Positions 22,561-33,494 of a stretch of 64,000 nucleotides of DNA are shown one piece after another (positions within the stretch are counted from its first letter, which is position 1; every line of letters begins with the position of its first letter). The notes below the pieces were generated by a model. The model ran no database searches. It saw nothing but the letters and a program-made list of their open reading frames with translations, and was not told the origin of the DNA. The DNA lies in NCBI GenBank assembly GCA_030019025.1, contig JASEFR010000004.1, positions 12,782 through 76,781 of the forward strand, given 5' to 3'. The stretch comes from a bacterium (lineage in GTDB: Bacteria; Hydrothermota; Hydrothermia; UBA1063). The position numbers and the translations under genes are program-made.

Positions 22561-23901
22561 CTAAAAGACAACCTTGAATACATTATCTTTGAAATAAATG
22601 AACACACCAAAGGTAGCAAAAGACCTGTTGTATTTCCAATCTGTAAAAAGACCAGTGTAAATTCTCTTTTTCTTGTAGCCAAGCATTGTAAACAACTCCC
22701 TTTCGACCTGTCCGGATGGAAAAGGCATATTTTTCGGATATCCACTATTCTCCCAGTGTTCTTTCAGAGTTCCCTCACCTTTATTGAGCTGAGCAACCCT
22801 AATAACAAGGTAGCCATCATTTTTCAACTTTCTGAAATAACTCAAATATAAATCCAGAAGGTCATTTCCCCTTGGGTAACCAAGAGGTAAGCCCATAATC
22901 TGCCATGCGTTGGTATCAGATACATGGGTGTAAGTAAAACGGGGGATTGCTACAAAAGAAAATCTCAAAAAGGAATAAAAATCCACTGATGTTTCTAAAC
23001 CGACACAAATACCGTATTTGCTTGTTCCACCTTGAAAAACAATAAAGTCATCATTTAGAAAATCAAAAAATAAACTCACTCGTTCTTTAACATCAAACCT
23101 CACAGCGAGGCCCCCTAAGAGGTTGTCCGAATTGGAAATCCCCCTCCTTTGCCTTTCGTAATAGAGGGAAATAGGATTAAAGTATTTGAAATAATCTTCG
23201 CCTGTGTGGGATACCGCTTCATAAAAGGTCACCGTTAAATTGTCTAAAGGTTTCCATTCTAAGGTCTGATATGAGATAGTCTTCTCAGGGAAAGTATCCT
23301 GTGTAACTGCAAAAGCAGTAACAACTTTGAACTTGCTGAAACTAAAACTTAGACGATATAAATGGTCTAAGGGATAACAAAGTCCACTAAAAAGAAGCGC
23401 CTCCCCTAACATCACATTGTTTCTACCTACGAGAATTTCAAAATTTTTCGTAGAATACCGAATATATGCCTTTTCAACGTTTATATCAAAAAGACTGGTT
23501 CCACCGATAACAGGCTGTTCATCAAAACTATAAAGGTTGTACCTGTTATCAGCCAGAGGTTCATAAAATTGAAATTTGTATGGTGTCACAAAATTGAAAA
23601 AGTTAACCTTAGTATAAACCTGAAATTGGTCAAAAGAAACGCCGGCATCGAAAGCAAAATTAATGTAACTATTGGTATAATTTACTCTACCTTTTGTTAT
23701 GTTAATTAATTTCAGGCTCGGGCTAAATTTTATGAAGGGTCTTTCATCAGAAGTATCGGCAAAAGTCCAGACATAAGTGTCTGAACCTCTCTTTATATAG
23801 CTTTTCCTTAGCTCCAGAAACTCAACGGAGTAATCTTTAAGAAAAATGGGATCATAGAATGAAAAACTTAAAAAAAGAGCCAATAATAAACTCGAATTCA
23901 T
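22561..23901 (-). CDS. hypothetical outer-membrane beta-barrel protein
   Basis: 446 aa with an N-terminal signal peptide and an aromatic-rich sequence of alternating hydrophobic residues. It ends in a C-terminal Phe (…FKVVF), typical of outer-membrane barrels. Confidence 0.5.
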   Translation of the reverse strand: MNSSLLLALFLSFSFYDPIFLKDYSVEFLELRKSYIKRGSDTYVWTFADTSDERPFIKFSPSLKLINITKGRVNYTNSYINFAFDAGVSFDQFQVYTKVNFFNFVTPYKFQFYEPLADNRYNLYSFDEQPVIGGTSLFDINVEKAYIRYSTKNFEILVGRNNVMLGEALLFSGLCYPLDHLYRLSFSFSKFKVVTAFAVTQDTFPEKTISYQTLEWKPLDNLTVTFYEAVSHTGEDYFKYFNPISLYYERQRRGISNSDNLLGGLAVRFDVKERVSLFFDFLNDDFIVFQGGTSKYGICVGLETSVDFYSFLRFSFVAIPRFTYTHVSDTNAWQIMGLPLGYPRGNDLLDLYLSYFRKLKNDGYLVIRVAQLNKGEGTLKEHWENSGYPKNMPFPSGQVERELFTMLGYKKKRIYTGLFTDWKYNRSFATFGVFIYFKDNVFKVVF

Positions 23902-24218
23902 AAAAGCATGTCAAAAGGTTCAAATCCGAAATCAACAACTTCTTTCATCCTATCACTATCGGGACAAAAAACTCCAACAAACCGACCGTTTCCCAATCTG
24001 TAAAGTCTAATAAGGTCGTAGTCTATTCCTGAGTGAATGCTCAGAAAATTCCCGAATTCAACAATCTCTTCGTCAAAGTTATTGACGTTACGATTACCTG
24101 TACTGCAAAAATTCACTTTTAAGCGGTAACTATCTACAGTAAAAGACTCTACTTTCAATTTTACACCGTTTTTTTTATTAAACTCTTCAATAATTCTCTC
24201 TATCGGCACGCCACTCAT
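23898..24218 (-). CDS. hypothetical protein (106 aa)
   Basis: An ORF tightly coupled (4-nt overlap) with the outer-membrane barrel gene. No recognisable motif. Confidence 0.4.
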   Translation of the reverse strand: MSGVPIERIIEEFNKKNGVKLKVESFTVDSYRLKVNFCSTGNRNVNNFDEEIVEFGNFLSIHSGIDYDLIRLYRLGNGRFVGVFCPDSDRMKEVVDFGFEPFDMLL

Positions 24219-24268
24219 TTCCTACTCCTCTGATAGCAAAATAATTGTAATGCTAAATTTTCTCAAAT

Positions 24269-26008
24269 TCAATGTTTACGCTCAAAAATAATCACTTGAG
24301 GTGATGTTAAATTAGAAACCTCAGGCCTATGAGCCATTTTTACTAAATCTTCGTATTTAAAATATCTCTTCAAAAAAGCCATACTCTGTTTTATTATTAC
24401 GCAGCCACTTTCATACTCCACATCCCTCATCAAAGACACCTTATCGTCCTCATAAGATACCGGTTGAGGTACATATTTCACCGTGTAGCCTTTAGGCAGT
24501 TTGATTATGAAGCAAACATCCTTCTTAGGCGCATCCATACGATTCAGATAGTATCCATTTTTAAATAGCTCTGGTTCAATTTTTAGCATCTCGGGAATAT
24601 AAAAAATCCAATATTTTCCTATCCGTGACCCGATAGACTTATACCTGACTCTGCCTGATATAAAATAGGGTTTATCAACCACACCCCTATATTTTAAAGA
24701 TGCTGTAAAACTTTTAATTATACCATAGATGGAAAACTTTGAACGTGAAATGAATTTTTCTACATCCTCAAAATCCTCTCCGCTTTCCCTTGACCAAGAA
24801 TAGGATTTGAGCAGCCTACTTGATGGGACCCATTTTGAAAATGAAATTAACTTTCTCGGTATATCAATAAAAAGTGTATCTGAAAGTACATCCCTAAAAC
24901 CTATTTGCTCAACGGAATAAGTTTTCAAATCAGGAGAAAGCACGATTGCAACGTGGCCTTCGTAAGGGATACTCATCACCTTTTCTTCACCCTGGAAAGG
25001 GAATAGAAATTTGATCCCATCATAGAGAATTATATTTTCTATCGCAGACAACGAGGGAATTAAATGAAGTGTATCACACCCATATCGTAGAACCAAGGCT
25101 AAAGAGAGGCCTTCAAAGGAAGAAATGATCCTTAAAACCTTTTCTGGATAAGTCATCGCATAGAGAGAAGCAGAACGATCTCTATCTAAGGGAACATAAC
25201 CCTGAATTTTAAGATCTTCCCTCTCTGGGGAAATTATCCTTTTACTCAGCTCCCTCAGTTTATTTAGGTCCGATTTCTGAGGTTTTATTGTCTCAAGTTT
25301 TCTATAATGTAGTGAAAAATAGCGTATCAGAGAATCCCACGAAGGAAACGTGGTAAACATTACGAAAGGCGAGATTAAATGACGAGGTGGAAGTCCACCC
25401 CATTCGTTTATAACGATTTCTGGAACATTTTTAAATTCAATTTCGTAAACTTTATAATCTGCCGAATCCCTTAAGCTTTCAGAAAAGTTGCAAACTTCGG
25501 TATTACCTTTATAAAACCTTAAACTCGACTTTTGTGGAAAATAAAAAACCAGCCTGCTGTATTCAATAGGGATAGTGGTTCTAAAATATTCAATTCCATC
25601 CACATAATCGAAGTTCCTTATTCTTCTTTCTACGGAATATTCAATAGTTGAACCCAGCTTGATAGATAGGAATGAAATGTGAAGCTCTTTTCTATTTTTC
25701 AGAAAAGGATAAGTGTCAACTAATGGGTCTGCTACCCTGTTTATCGCGTTCTCTGTTACATTTACGGTGTCACCTTCAGGGGTAATTGTGCGAGCATAAA
25801 GGACTTCAACAGTTTCCGTTGAATCGTCGTAAGGGAAGATTATGGTACCCAAATCCTCTCTTGCCTCTTCAGTTCTAATAAGAATTTTTCGCTCTTCCTT
25901 AACAATTAGTAAACTATCATCAAGCTTGTATTCCTTATAACTCAATTTTACCAGATCGCCTTTACCTGCGAAAAATTGTCCGAACAGCAATATTGAAAGG
26001 AATAACAT
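24269..26008 (-). CDS. DUF3857/transglutaminase-like family protein (paralog with a degenerate catalytic region)
   Basis: 579 aa with a signal peptide. Its length and organisation parallel the upstream transglutaminase-like gene. GCD...GHVAIVL...SPD could be a cryptic Cys-His-Asp triad. Confidence 0.45.
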   Translation of the reverse strand: MLFLSILLFGQFFAGKGDLVKLSYKEYKLDDSLLIVKEERKILIRTEEAREDLGTIIFPYDDSTETVEVLYARTITPEGDTVNVTENAINRVADPLVDTYPFLKNRKELHISFLSIKLGSTIEYSVERRIRNFDYVDGIEYFRTTIPIEYSRLVFYFPQKSSLRFYKGNTEVCNFSESLRDSADYKVYEIEFKNVPEIVINEWGGLPPRHLISPFVMFTTFPSWDSLIRYFSLHYRKLETIKPQKSDLNKLRELSKRIISPEREDLKIQGYVPLDRDRSASLYAMTYPEKVLRIISSFEGLSLALVLRYGCDTLHLIPSLSAIENIILYDGIKFLFPFQGEEKVMSIPYEGHVAIVLSPDLKTYSVEQIGFRDVLSDTLFIDIPRKLISFSKWVPSSRLLKSYSWSRESGEDFEDVEKFISRSKFSIYGIIKSFTASLKYRGVVDKPYFISGRVRYKSIGSRIGKYWIFYIPEMLKIEPELFKNGYYLNRMDAPKKDVCFIIKLPKGYTVKYVPQPVSYEDDKVSLMRDVEYESGCVIIKQSMAFLKRYFKYEDLVKMAHRPEVSNLTSPQVIIFERKH

Positions 26009-26011
26009 ATC

Positions 26012-27910
26012 TTATTCTCCTTTTAAAGGTAACCACAAATTCTCGTTTCCTTGAAAGCTTTGATAATCCCTAAACATTGATTCGGCCTCTGTGGAAGAAT
26101 ATTTCTTCTTGCTGAACACGAGAGAAGTTGAAAAACTAAACCAACCACCGCTTTCTTCTGTGTTTAAAAAGTTTCCAACATTCTGTACTTGGTCTACAAT
26201 ACCTCCTGCTTCAAATTCAAAAATGTAAGCTTGTTCTTTGCCGAGCCTCACATGATTTTTAAAAGGTTCTACAACCTTAGCAAGTGGAACAAACTCTTTT
26301 ACCTCGTAGGACTGAGGGAAAGAAATCACCAAATCCAGTTCTCTTTTAGAATTCAAATGTCTCAGAAAATAAGCAAAACTTGAAGCAAGTTTAGAACTAA
26401 CAGGCCTGTAAAGTTTGAAATCTGGAGTATTAATAACAGCCTTTAATACTCTACCTGAAACCCGAATCCTAAAGTATTCAGAATAATCCTTGGGATCTGT
26501 AAACCTGATGGAATCAATTACCACAATGCCTGAATAAACCCCACTCAATATATCGTGAAGGAAGCTTTCAACTCTACGCCTTCCACTCTGCGCAACTCTG
26601 CGAAGTCTCTGATCAAAAGCCCCATTAAAATTCATCAAATAGCTAAAGTAAACAGTGTCGCCCAATAAAGTTGTATAAACGTAAATTGAGACTTTATTCT
26701 TTTCCGGTGTCGAAACTGGAATGGTTCTCAAAGTATCTCCCTCTGCCCTTGATACTAAAACCGATTGGCCTCCTTCCGATGCAGGTAAAAGGTCTCTTCC
26801 ACCAGCCCCAATGGTAGGATCAAGAAATTCATAATCCTTTCCTCTCTCCAATACTACAATAGCGTGATTCGTTTGGTCCGCAGGAATGTTTTCCACTCTC
26901 ATGCCAACAGCAGTGGTTGCATAATAGGCTTTAAAGCCCTTTGCTCTTAAAAGAGCTACTAATAACGCTGCTTTATCTTTACAAACTCCCGATCTTTTCT
27001 GTAGAGTTAGCCAGGCAGGGTGAGGCTCGTAGCCCTCCATTTCGGATTCAATAAGTCCAAGATACCGAATTTCATCTGCCACAAAATAAAAAAGCCTCCT
27101 AATTTTTTCATCGTCATCAATAATGCCTGAACAAAGACTGTCTGCAAATTTTTTTATCGTTTCATCAGGTGTAACATTTGGTTCTGCTCTCTGGAATTCG
27201 ATGCGAGACATCTCCTTCCAAGAAGGAATGTTGGTGACGATGAGCTTTGGCACAAAATCGTATATTGAAGGTGAGAGAGATTCTACCTTGTAAGGCTTTA
27301 TATTTTTAGAATAAAACATGTGAATCTTTTTTCCGTCCTTTGTTATGATGCGGTGTTTGATTTTTCCATTGAAAATTCCAAATTTAATGGGCTTTTCTGC
27401 TATTTCTTCTAACAAGTATAACTTTTTCTTAACCGGAACCGTTTCACCAAAAAGGACTATCTGATTAAAATATCCTGGATAAGGTGTCTTGTATTTTTCT
27501 TCTCCCGTAGGCCCAAGCCAGTTTCCTCCGTATTTTTTGACCTTACTCTCAAGGATATCTCCTTTTCTCAAATCCTTAATCTCAAGAACTTTCTTCCTTT
27601 CACCCCAAAAAATGGTACCTCCAAGGTCAGGTGGGGCAAGAACGTCAACAACATCCTCTGTATCAAGATACAATGTGTCCCTACCCCTTACAATCCTCAC
27701 AAACTCAAAATCTGCGGTATTGTAGTAGGGGGTATAAGTGACTTCTAAAGCCCTCAATTCTTCGGGGATTTCGTCACCTAAAACTTTAATGCGTCTGTAT
27801 TCAAACCTCTCACTAATCCCACTTTCGTAGTATGCTTCATAAGTGGAATCGAGTTCCACAATATATTCAAATCTCCCAAAAACTAAAAAAGCTACGATTA
27901 CTTTTAACAT
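26012..27910 (-). CDS. DUF3857 + transglutaminase-like domain protein
   Basis: 632 aa with a signal peptide. The transglutaminase core is SGVCKDKAALLVALLRAKG...NHAIVV...DPT (a Cys-His-Asp triad). Confidence 0.65.
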   Translation of the reverse strand: MLKVIVAFLVFGRFEYIVELDSTYEAYYESGISERFEYRRIKVLGDEIPEELRALEVTYTPYYNTADFEFVRIVRGRDTLYLDTEDVVDVLAPPDLGGTIFWGERKKVLEIKDLRKGDILESKVKKYGGNWLGPTGEEKYKTPYPGYFNQIVLFGETVPVKKKLYLLEEIAEKPIKFGIFNGKIKHRIITKDGKKIHMFYSKNIKPYKVESLSPSIYDFVPKLIVTNIPSWKEMSRIEFQRAEPNVTPDETIKKFADSLCSGIIDDDEKIRRLFYFVADEIRYLGLIESEMEGYEPHPAWLTLQKRSGVCKDKAALLVALLRAKGFKAYYATTAVGMRVENIPADQTNHAIVVLERGKDYEFLDPTIGAGGRDLLPASEGGQSVLVSRAEGDTLRTIPVSTPEKNKVSIYVYTTLLGDTVYFSYLMNFNGAFDQRLRRVAQSGRRRVESFLHDILSGVYSGIVVIDSIRFTDPKDYSEYFRIRVSGRVLKAVINTPDFKLYRPVSSKLASSFAYFLRHLNSKRELDLVISFPQSYEVKEFVPLAKVVEPFKNHVRLGKEQAYIFEFEAGGIVDQVQNVGNFLNTEESGGWFSFSTSLVFSKKKYSSTEAESMFRDYQSFQGNENLWLPLKGE

Positions 27911-27950
27911 TGTAAAGGCCTCACAGAGTTAATTAAGCAGAGAATAAGTT

Positions 27951-29366
27951 TCAACTCTCTGCCTTCTTCAAATACTTTTCGATAAACTGAGGCCTAATTC
28001 TCTTAAGCTCAGAAGTCGGGAACATAGAGAGTAATTCCCAACCAAGGTCAAGGGTCTCCTCGATACTTCTGTCTTCAAACTCCCCCTGCCCCACATATCT
28101 TTCTTCGAAGAGATCCGCAAATTTGTAGTAAATTTTATCAATTTCTGATAACGCACCTTCACCTAAAATTACCGCTAATTCCTGAACTTCTTTGCCTCTT
28201 GCATAACAGGCAAAGAGCTGGTTGAAAACATCAGAATGGTCCTCCCTCGTTTTACCCTTTCCAATTCCCTTGTCCTTCAATCTTGAAAGGGAAGGAAGAA
28301 CATCTATGGGTGGGTAAATCTTTTTCCTGTGTAGGGTCCTGGAAAGGATGATTTGTCCTTCCGTTATATAGCCTGTAAGGTCAGGTATGGGATGGGTTTT
28401 ATCGTCTTCAGGCATCGTAAGAATGGGAATTAAAGTAATAGAGCCCTTTTTGCCCTTTATTCTTCCTGCCCTTTCATAAATTGTGGCAAGGTCAGTGTAA
28501 AGGTACCCAGGGTATCCTCTTCTTCCTGGAACTTCCTTTCTTGCTGCAGAAATCTCGCGCAGTGCTTCACAGTAATTTGTCATATCGGTGAGAATAACAA
28601 GAACGTGCATATCTTTTTTAAATGCGAGGTACTCAGCAGTGGTTAAAGCGACTCTTGGAGTTGCTATTCTCTCAATTGCAGGGTCATCGGCAAGATTTAT
28701 AAAAAGGACTGCTCTTCCAATAGCACCTGTATCCCTGAAACTTTTAATGAAAAACTCCGCTTCCTCAAAGGTTATACCCATTGCAGCAAAAACTACAGCA
28801 AAACTTTCACCCTCTCCCCGAACTTCTGCCTGTCTAGCAATCTGCGTAGCAAGCCTGTTATGTGGTAAACCAGAGCCAGAGAAAATGGGTAGTTTCTGCC
28901 CTCTAACGAGAGTGTTTAATCCATCAATTGCTGAAATACCCGTTTGAATAAATTCATTCGGATAATCCCTGGCATAAGGGTTTATGGGTGCCCCATTAAT
29001 ATCTGCTCTCTCTTCAGGGACCACTTCAGGGCCACCATCAATCGGACGACCGAGACCATTAAAAACTCTTCCAAGCATATCAAGGGAAAGGTTAATCTCC
29101 AGACCTTTTGCAAGGAATCTTACCGAAGTTTTTGGAATGTCAATTCCCGATGTTCCCTCAAAAACTTGCAATAAAACCTTATCTTCTTCTACCTGTAAAA
29201 CTTCGCCTCTCCTAATCTCACCAGAAGGTAATTCAATTTCTACGAGCTCACCATACTTAACACCGCTAATGCCCTCCACGAGCATTAAAGGACCTGAAAT
29301 ATTGGTAACAGCGTTAAATTTTGAGAGCCTTTTTTTAACCAACAGGCTGTCTAACTTCATGATCAA
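27951..29366 (-). CDS. atpB: V/A-type ATPase subunit B
   Basis: 471 aa with N-terminal beta-barrel motifs (GPLMLVEG...[11 protein letters not shown]) and a nucleotide-binding core. There is no P-loop GKT, as expected for the B subunit. Confidence 0.9.
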   Translation of the reverse strand: MIMKLDSLLVKKRLSKFNAVTNISGPLMLVEGISGVKYGELVEIELPSGEIRRGEVLQVEEDKVLLQVFEGTSGIDIPKTSVRFLAKGLEINLSLDMLGRVFNGLGRPIDGGPEVVPEERADINGAPINPYARDYPNEFIQTGISAIDGLNTLVRGQKLPIFSGSGLPHNRLATQIARQAEVRGEGESFAVVFAAMGITFEEAEFFIKSFRDTGAIGRAVLFINLADDPAIERIATPRVALTTAEYLAFKKDMHVLVILTDMTNYCEALREISAARKEVPGRRGYPGYLYTDLATIYERAGRIKGKKGSITLIPILTMPEDDKTHPIPDLTGYITEGQIILSRTLHRKKIYPPIDVLPSLSRLKDKGIGKGKTREDHSDVFNQLFACYARGKEVQELAVILGEGALSEIDKIYYKFADLFEERYVGQGEFEDRSIEETLDLGWELLSMFPTSELKRIRPQFIEKYLKKAES

Positions 29367-31092
29367 TCTCCTTTAACAATTTCTCAATTTCACCCAATTC
29401 ATTCTCTGAGAAATATTTCATTCTTGCCACTTTCTCCCAAACGGGTTTTTTCTTTAAATCCTTGACCGTTGTCTCGCCTTTTGCAATGATCTCTTTACAT
29501 ACTTCGTAAAGTTTTAGTATGACTTTGAGCATGAAATACTGTTTTCTTATGGATGCAAAAGTGTCTACTTCATGGAAAGCGTTTTGATGCAGGAAATCCT
29601 CACGGATACTTCTTGCAATTTCCAGAAGTAACTGGTCATCTTGAGACAGTGCCTCTGCACCAACAAGCCTTACAATCTCCTCCAGTTCCGCCTCCTTTTC
29701 GAGAATTTTCATTGCTTCGAGAACCATGTCATAAAAGTCTGGAGCTACATTTTTCTCATAATAGGGCCTTAAATTTTCTCTGTAAAGCGAATAGCTGGTC
29801 AACCAGTTGATGGCAGGGAAATGCCTCCTGTAGGCGAGTTTATCCTCAAGACTCCAGAATACTTTAACAACTCTGAGGGTTGACTGAACCACTGGATCTG
29901 AAAGGTCACCACCAGGCGGGGAAACTGCACCAATCACAGTAAGGGTTCCTTCTCTGTTATCCTTTCCAAGGCAGGTTACTTTCCCAGCCCTTTCGTAAAA
30001 GCTGGCAACCCTTGCCGCGAGATATGCGGGATAGCCTTCTTCTCCTGGCATTTCTTCAAGACGGCCTGAAATCTCTCTCATAGCTTCAGCCCATCTTGAT
30101 GTTGAATCTGCCATAAGAGCAACGGAGTACCCCATGTCCCTGAAATACTCTGCAATAGTGATTCCGGTGTAAATGGATGCTTCTCTCGCTGCAACAGGCA
30201 TATTTGAAGTGTTAGCAATCAAAACCGTCCTTTTCATTAGAGGCTCACCGGAATAGGGGTCTTTCAACTCTGGAAATTCTATTAGCACATCAGTCATTTC
30301 ATTACCGCGTTCACCACAACCTATGTAAACGACAATGTTAGCATCAGACCACTTAGCGAGCTGGTGCTGTATTACAGTTTTACCTGATCCAAAAGGTCCG
30401 GGAACACATGCAGTACCGCCTTTTGCAATTGGGAAAAAAGTGTCAATTACTCTTTGCCCTGTGAACATAGGAGTATCAGGTAGATGTTTTTCTTTATATG
30501 GTCTTGGAATTCTTACAGGCCACTTTTGCATCATCTTGATCTCGTGAAGTTTTCCCTCCTTATCCTTAACTACCGCAACTACATCTTCCACTGTGAAAAC
30601 GCCCTCTTTGATTTCATCAATAACGCCGTTAATACCAGGCGGAATCATTATTTTGTGCTTTACGAGAGTAGTCTCATCAACCTCGCCTATGATATCTCCT
30701 TCTTCAACAACATCACCCTTTTTCACCTTTGGAACAAAGAACCACTTCTTGTCTCGAGGCAATCCAGGAACGTGAAGACCACGGGAAATAAAATCACCCG
30801 ATAAAATTTTAATTTTATCAAGTGGTCTTTGAATTCCATCAAAGAAAGATTCAATAAGCCCAGGGCCAAGTTCAACCATCAGAGGGTATCCTGTTCCATA
30901 AACAGGGTCCCCAGGACCTATACCGTGGGTATCCTCATAAACTTGTATGTAAGCCCTATCACCTTTCAATTCAATAACTTCGCCCAAAAGTCTTATCTCT
31001 CCAACGTAGACAACGTCGTACATCTTAGTACCAAGCATACCTTCGGCCACAACGAGGGGACCTGAAACTTTTACGATTCTCCCGGACTTCAT
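29335..31092 (-). CDS. atpA: V/A-type ATPase catalytic subunit A; start set at the internal Met preceded by GGAGG, whereas the ORF track gives 31122
   Basis: Walker A GPFGSGKT, and [18 protein letters not shown] at the N-terminus. The minus-strand sequence reads ttaGGAGGcagaaaATG, placing the start at 31092. Confidence 0.9.
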   Translation of the reverse strand: MKSGRIVKVSGPLVVAEGMLGTKMYDVVYVGEIRLLGEVIELKGDRAYIQVYEDTHGIGPGDPVYGTGYPLMVELGPGLIESFFDGIQRPLDKIKILSGDFISRGLHVPGLPRDKKWFFVPKVKKGDVVEEGDIIGEVDETTLVKHKIMIPPGINGVIDEIKEGVFTVEDVVAVVKDKEGKLHEIKMMQKWPVRIPRPYKEKHLPDTPMFTGQRVIDTFFPIAKGGTACVPGPFGSGKTVIQHQLAKWSDANIVVYIGCGERGNEMTDVLIEFPELKDPYSGEPLMKRTVLIANTSNMPVAAREASIYTGITIAEYFRDMGYSVALMADSTSRWAEAMREISGRLEEMPGEEGYPAYLAARVASFYERAGKVTCLGKDNREGTLTVIGAVSPPGGDLSDPVVQSTLRVVKVFWSLEDKLAYRRHFPAINWLTSYSLYRENLRPYYEKNVAPDFYDMVLEAMKILEKEAELEEIVRLVGAEALSQDDQLLLEIARSIREDFLHQNAFHEVDTFASIRKQYFMLKVILKLYEVCKEIIAKGETTVKDLKKKPVWEKVARMKYFSENELGEIEKLLKEIDHEVRQPVG

Positions 31093-31102
31093 TTTCTGCC
31101 TC

Positions 31103-31411
31103 CTAAAAGATGTCAATTCCAATGGATTTAAGCAAAATTGCTCTCAATTTTTCCCTTGCCTGGCCGGTACTTCCCCCCGCACCAGGAATGAACATTACTG
31201 CAGGGTAAGCCTGCTCTTTTAAACTATCAACGATATCCTTAACACTTTGAAAATAATCCTCTTCAATAAAAATCAAGCCGTAATTCTCCGAAATAAGACT
31301 CTTAAGAGCTTCTCTGGCTTCTTCACCAGTATTACAAACCTTATACTCCATTCCTATAGCCTTTAAAGGAAATACAGTTTCATACTTACCCAGACAAATT
31401 ACCCTTTTCAT
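31103..31411 (-). CDS. atpF: V/A-type ATPase subunit F
   Basis: 102 aa. Its position between C and A and its size match subunit F. Confidence 0.7.
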   Translation of the reverse strand: MKRVICLGKYETVFPLKAIGMEYKVCNTGEEAREALKSLISENYGLIFIEEDYFQSVKDIVDSLKEQAYPAVMFIPGAGGSTGQAREKLRAILLKSIGIDIF

Positions 31412-32427
31412 ACAACCTCCGGAATCCGATCGATAACAAGTTCCTTGGGAAGTTGGTTAACCTTAGACACCATTATCATTCTGAGCAGGGAAATCTCGCT
31501 TCTCTTTCTGAAGAAGTACGATATTAATACTTCTACTGAAAGATCCTTTTTAGAGGCCTCTTTAACAAGACCGTTGAAGTAATTAGCAACATCCTTTTCC
31601 ATCTTTACGAAACTTCCAGTTTTTTGATATTGTACATATCCCGGTTGAAGAACTTGATAATAAACTGTATGCCTTATCTCGTATAGTAGGGTGTTAAAAT
31701 CTGGGACTTTATAGAAGAGTTCCTGAGGTAAATATCCTGCAGGAAGTAGAATATGTTTTAGGGCTTGCAGTCTTCCCATTCTCTCAAGTCTCAAAAAGGA
31801 AATTAAATTCTTTAGGTCTGCATTCAAATTGTAGTAGATCCTTAGAAACTCAAAAAGTGAAAAGTTGGCAAAATATTTATACATCGCATTATCAACCGCT
31901 GTGTCAATTCTGAAAACTTCCCTCGTTTCATAGTAAGAGGAAATCGCACTCTCATAAGCATCATAAATTTCTTTAACGAGCATATCACCTTTCCCAGTTT
32001 CAAGATTATGTTTGAGCAAAGACGCAGGGTAATACGAGTATTTAGAAAAGGTGTGAGAAAAGTCTCGTTCGAAAATAAGGGATTTCACAAGTATTTTCAA
32101 ATTTAAAAAATCGTAAGGTAGTCTTAGATCCTTTTCCAGGGCTGACTCAACGGACAATTCAGAAATTAAAGAGAAAAGTCTCTCAAGCTCTCTTCTCAGC
32201 AGAATCTCAAAGTCAGAAGGTTTATGTACTTCATTTAGATATCGCGAATAGTCTGTATCCTGAAGCATCTTAAAAAGTTCCTCAATATCTCTTGAAGTGG
32301 CAAGGCGCTCAAACCTCACACGATCCAGCAGTTTTGTCTCGAGAGCCTTTACCCTTCCACATGCATAAGCGTATTCAGGATCATCTCTTCCAAAAGAAGG
32401 ATACCTATTAAATGGTAATCTTAACAT
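31408..32427 (-). CDS. atpC: V/A-type ATPase subunit C (d)
   Basis: 339 aa, helical. Its position between E and F matches the Thermus/Enterococcus operon order. Confidence 0.75.
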   Translation of the reverse strand: MLRLPFNRYPSFGRDDPEYAYACGRVKALETKLLDRVRFERLATSRDIEELFKMLQDTDYSRYLNEVHKPSDFEILLRRELERLFSLISELSVESALEKDLRLPYDFLNLKILVKSLIFERDFSHTFSKYSYYPASLLKHNLETGKGDMLVKEIYDAYESAISSYYETREVFRIDTAVDNAMYKYFANFSLFEFLRIYYNLNADLKNLISFLRLERMGRLQALKHILLPAGYLPQELFYKVPDFNTLLYEIRHTVYYQVLQPGYVQYQKTGSFVKMEKDVANYFNGLVKEASKKDLSVEVLISYFFRKRSEISLLRMIMVSKVNQLPKELVIDRIPEVV

Positions 32428-32435
32428 AAGCTAAC

Positions 32436-33011
32436 TTAGGAAAACAAAATGTTTGAGACATGAACTTCAGTCTCTTCTTGTAAAACTTCGATAAGTTTCT
32501 CTATTGAAGCATCTATAACCGATTTGGGACCCTTCGCAAGAAATCCGCCATTGATCTTAACAGGCTTCTCGGAGAGTTTCAACTTCCATCCCTTTTCCCT
32601 GTTCATTTGCTCAATGAAATCCCTGCTAATTACAGACTCACTTTCTGAAACAAATATCTCCTCATCGCCATTCAGTTCAACCAGTTCAAATAGCTTTTTA
32701 ACTATTTCACTGTATATCTGCTTATTTTCGATTATGTATCTCTGGACCTTGTCGTAAACCCCTTTCAAAATTTCCCTTTTTATTTTGGCAATTTCAACAT
32801 TTGACTTTATTTCATAATCTGCAATGAGAGCATTAAGCTTTTGAATTACCAGCTTTTCTTTTTCCTGCTGGGCTTTGCGCTGAATTTCCTCCACCCGGGC
32901 ATCCGCTTCTTTCAGGATTCTTTCTCTTTCGGCTATCGCTCTATCAAGAATTTCGCGTCTTTTAAGTTCCGTTTCTTCTTTAATTTTATTTATTATCTCC
33001 TGAAGGCCCAA
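32436..33011 (-). CDS. atpE: V/A-type ATPase subunit E
   Basis: 191 aa with a charged coiled-coil N-terminus and a globular C-terminus. Confidence 0.75.
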   Translation of the reverse strand: MGLQEIINKIKEETELKRREILDRAIAERERILKEADARVEEIQRKAQQEKEKLVIQKLNALIADYEIKSNVEIAKIKREILKGVYDKVQRYIIENKQIYSEIVKKLFELVELNGDEEIFVSESESVISRDFIEQMNREKGWKLKLSEKPVKINGGFLAKGPKSVIDASIEKLIEVLQEETEVHVSNILFS

Positions 33012-33022
33012 TATCGACCTCC

Positions 33023-33493
33023 TTAAACCTTTATACCAAGCAATATAAATATAGTTGCAAGAAGACCAAGAACGGCGTAAGTTTCAACTAAACCCGCATA
33101 AATAACGGGTTGCATTGAAGATTCAGGCTTTTTAGCAGCCATCTCAACACCCGCAGTACACACCTTACCCTGGTGTATAGCTGAAAAGTATCCAAGAAAC
33201 GTTATCGGAATAGTGGCGAGGAAAATCTGGAGCCCCTGCATGAAATCAAGAGGTTTAACTTCTCCCAAAAGGCCTACTTTAATTATGACAAGAAGAGCCG
33301 CAATAAATCCGTAAAATCCCTGAGTACCTGGAAGGGCTACCAGAAGGAACAACCTTCCAAATTTACTCGGATCCTCAGAGAGAACGCCTGCAGCGGCCCT
33401 CGCTGTCGTACCAACCCCTATAGCTGAGCCAAGACCTGGCAAAAAGGTCGCCAGTCCAGCACCAAGTATTGATAACCAAAGTCCTGCGGTCAA
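33023..33493 (-). CDS. atpK: V/A-type ATPase proteolipid subunit K (c); TTG start after AGGAGG
   Basis: 4-TM proteolipid. Helix 2 has PGTQG and helix 4 has GLVETYAV (the ion-binding Glu). The minus-strand sequence reads aacAGGAGGtgtaaaTTGaccgca, so the start is at 33493 rather than the track's 33523, which would overlap atpI. Confidence 0.85.
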   Translation of the reverse strand: MTAGLWLSILGAGLATFLPGLGSAIGVGTTARAAAGVLSEDPSKFGRLFLLVALPGTQGFYGFIAALLVIIKVGLLGEVKPLDFMQGLQIFLATIPITFLGYFSAIHQGKVCTAGVEMAAKKPESSMQPVIYAGLVETYAVLGLLATIFILLGIKV

Positions 33494-33494
33494 T

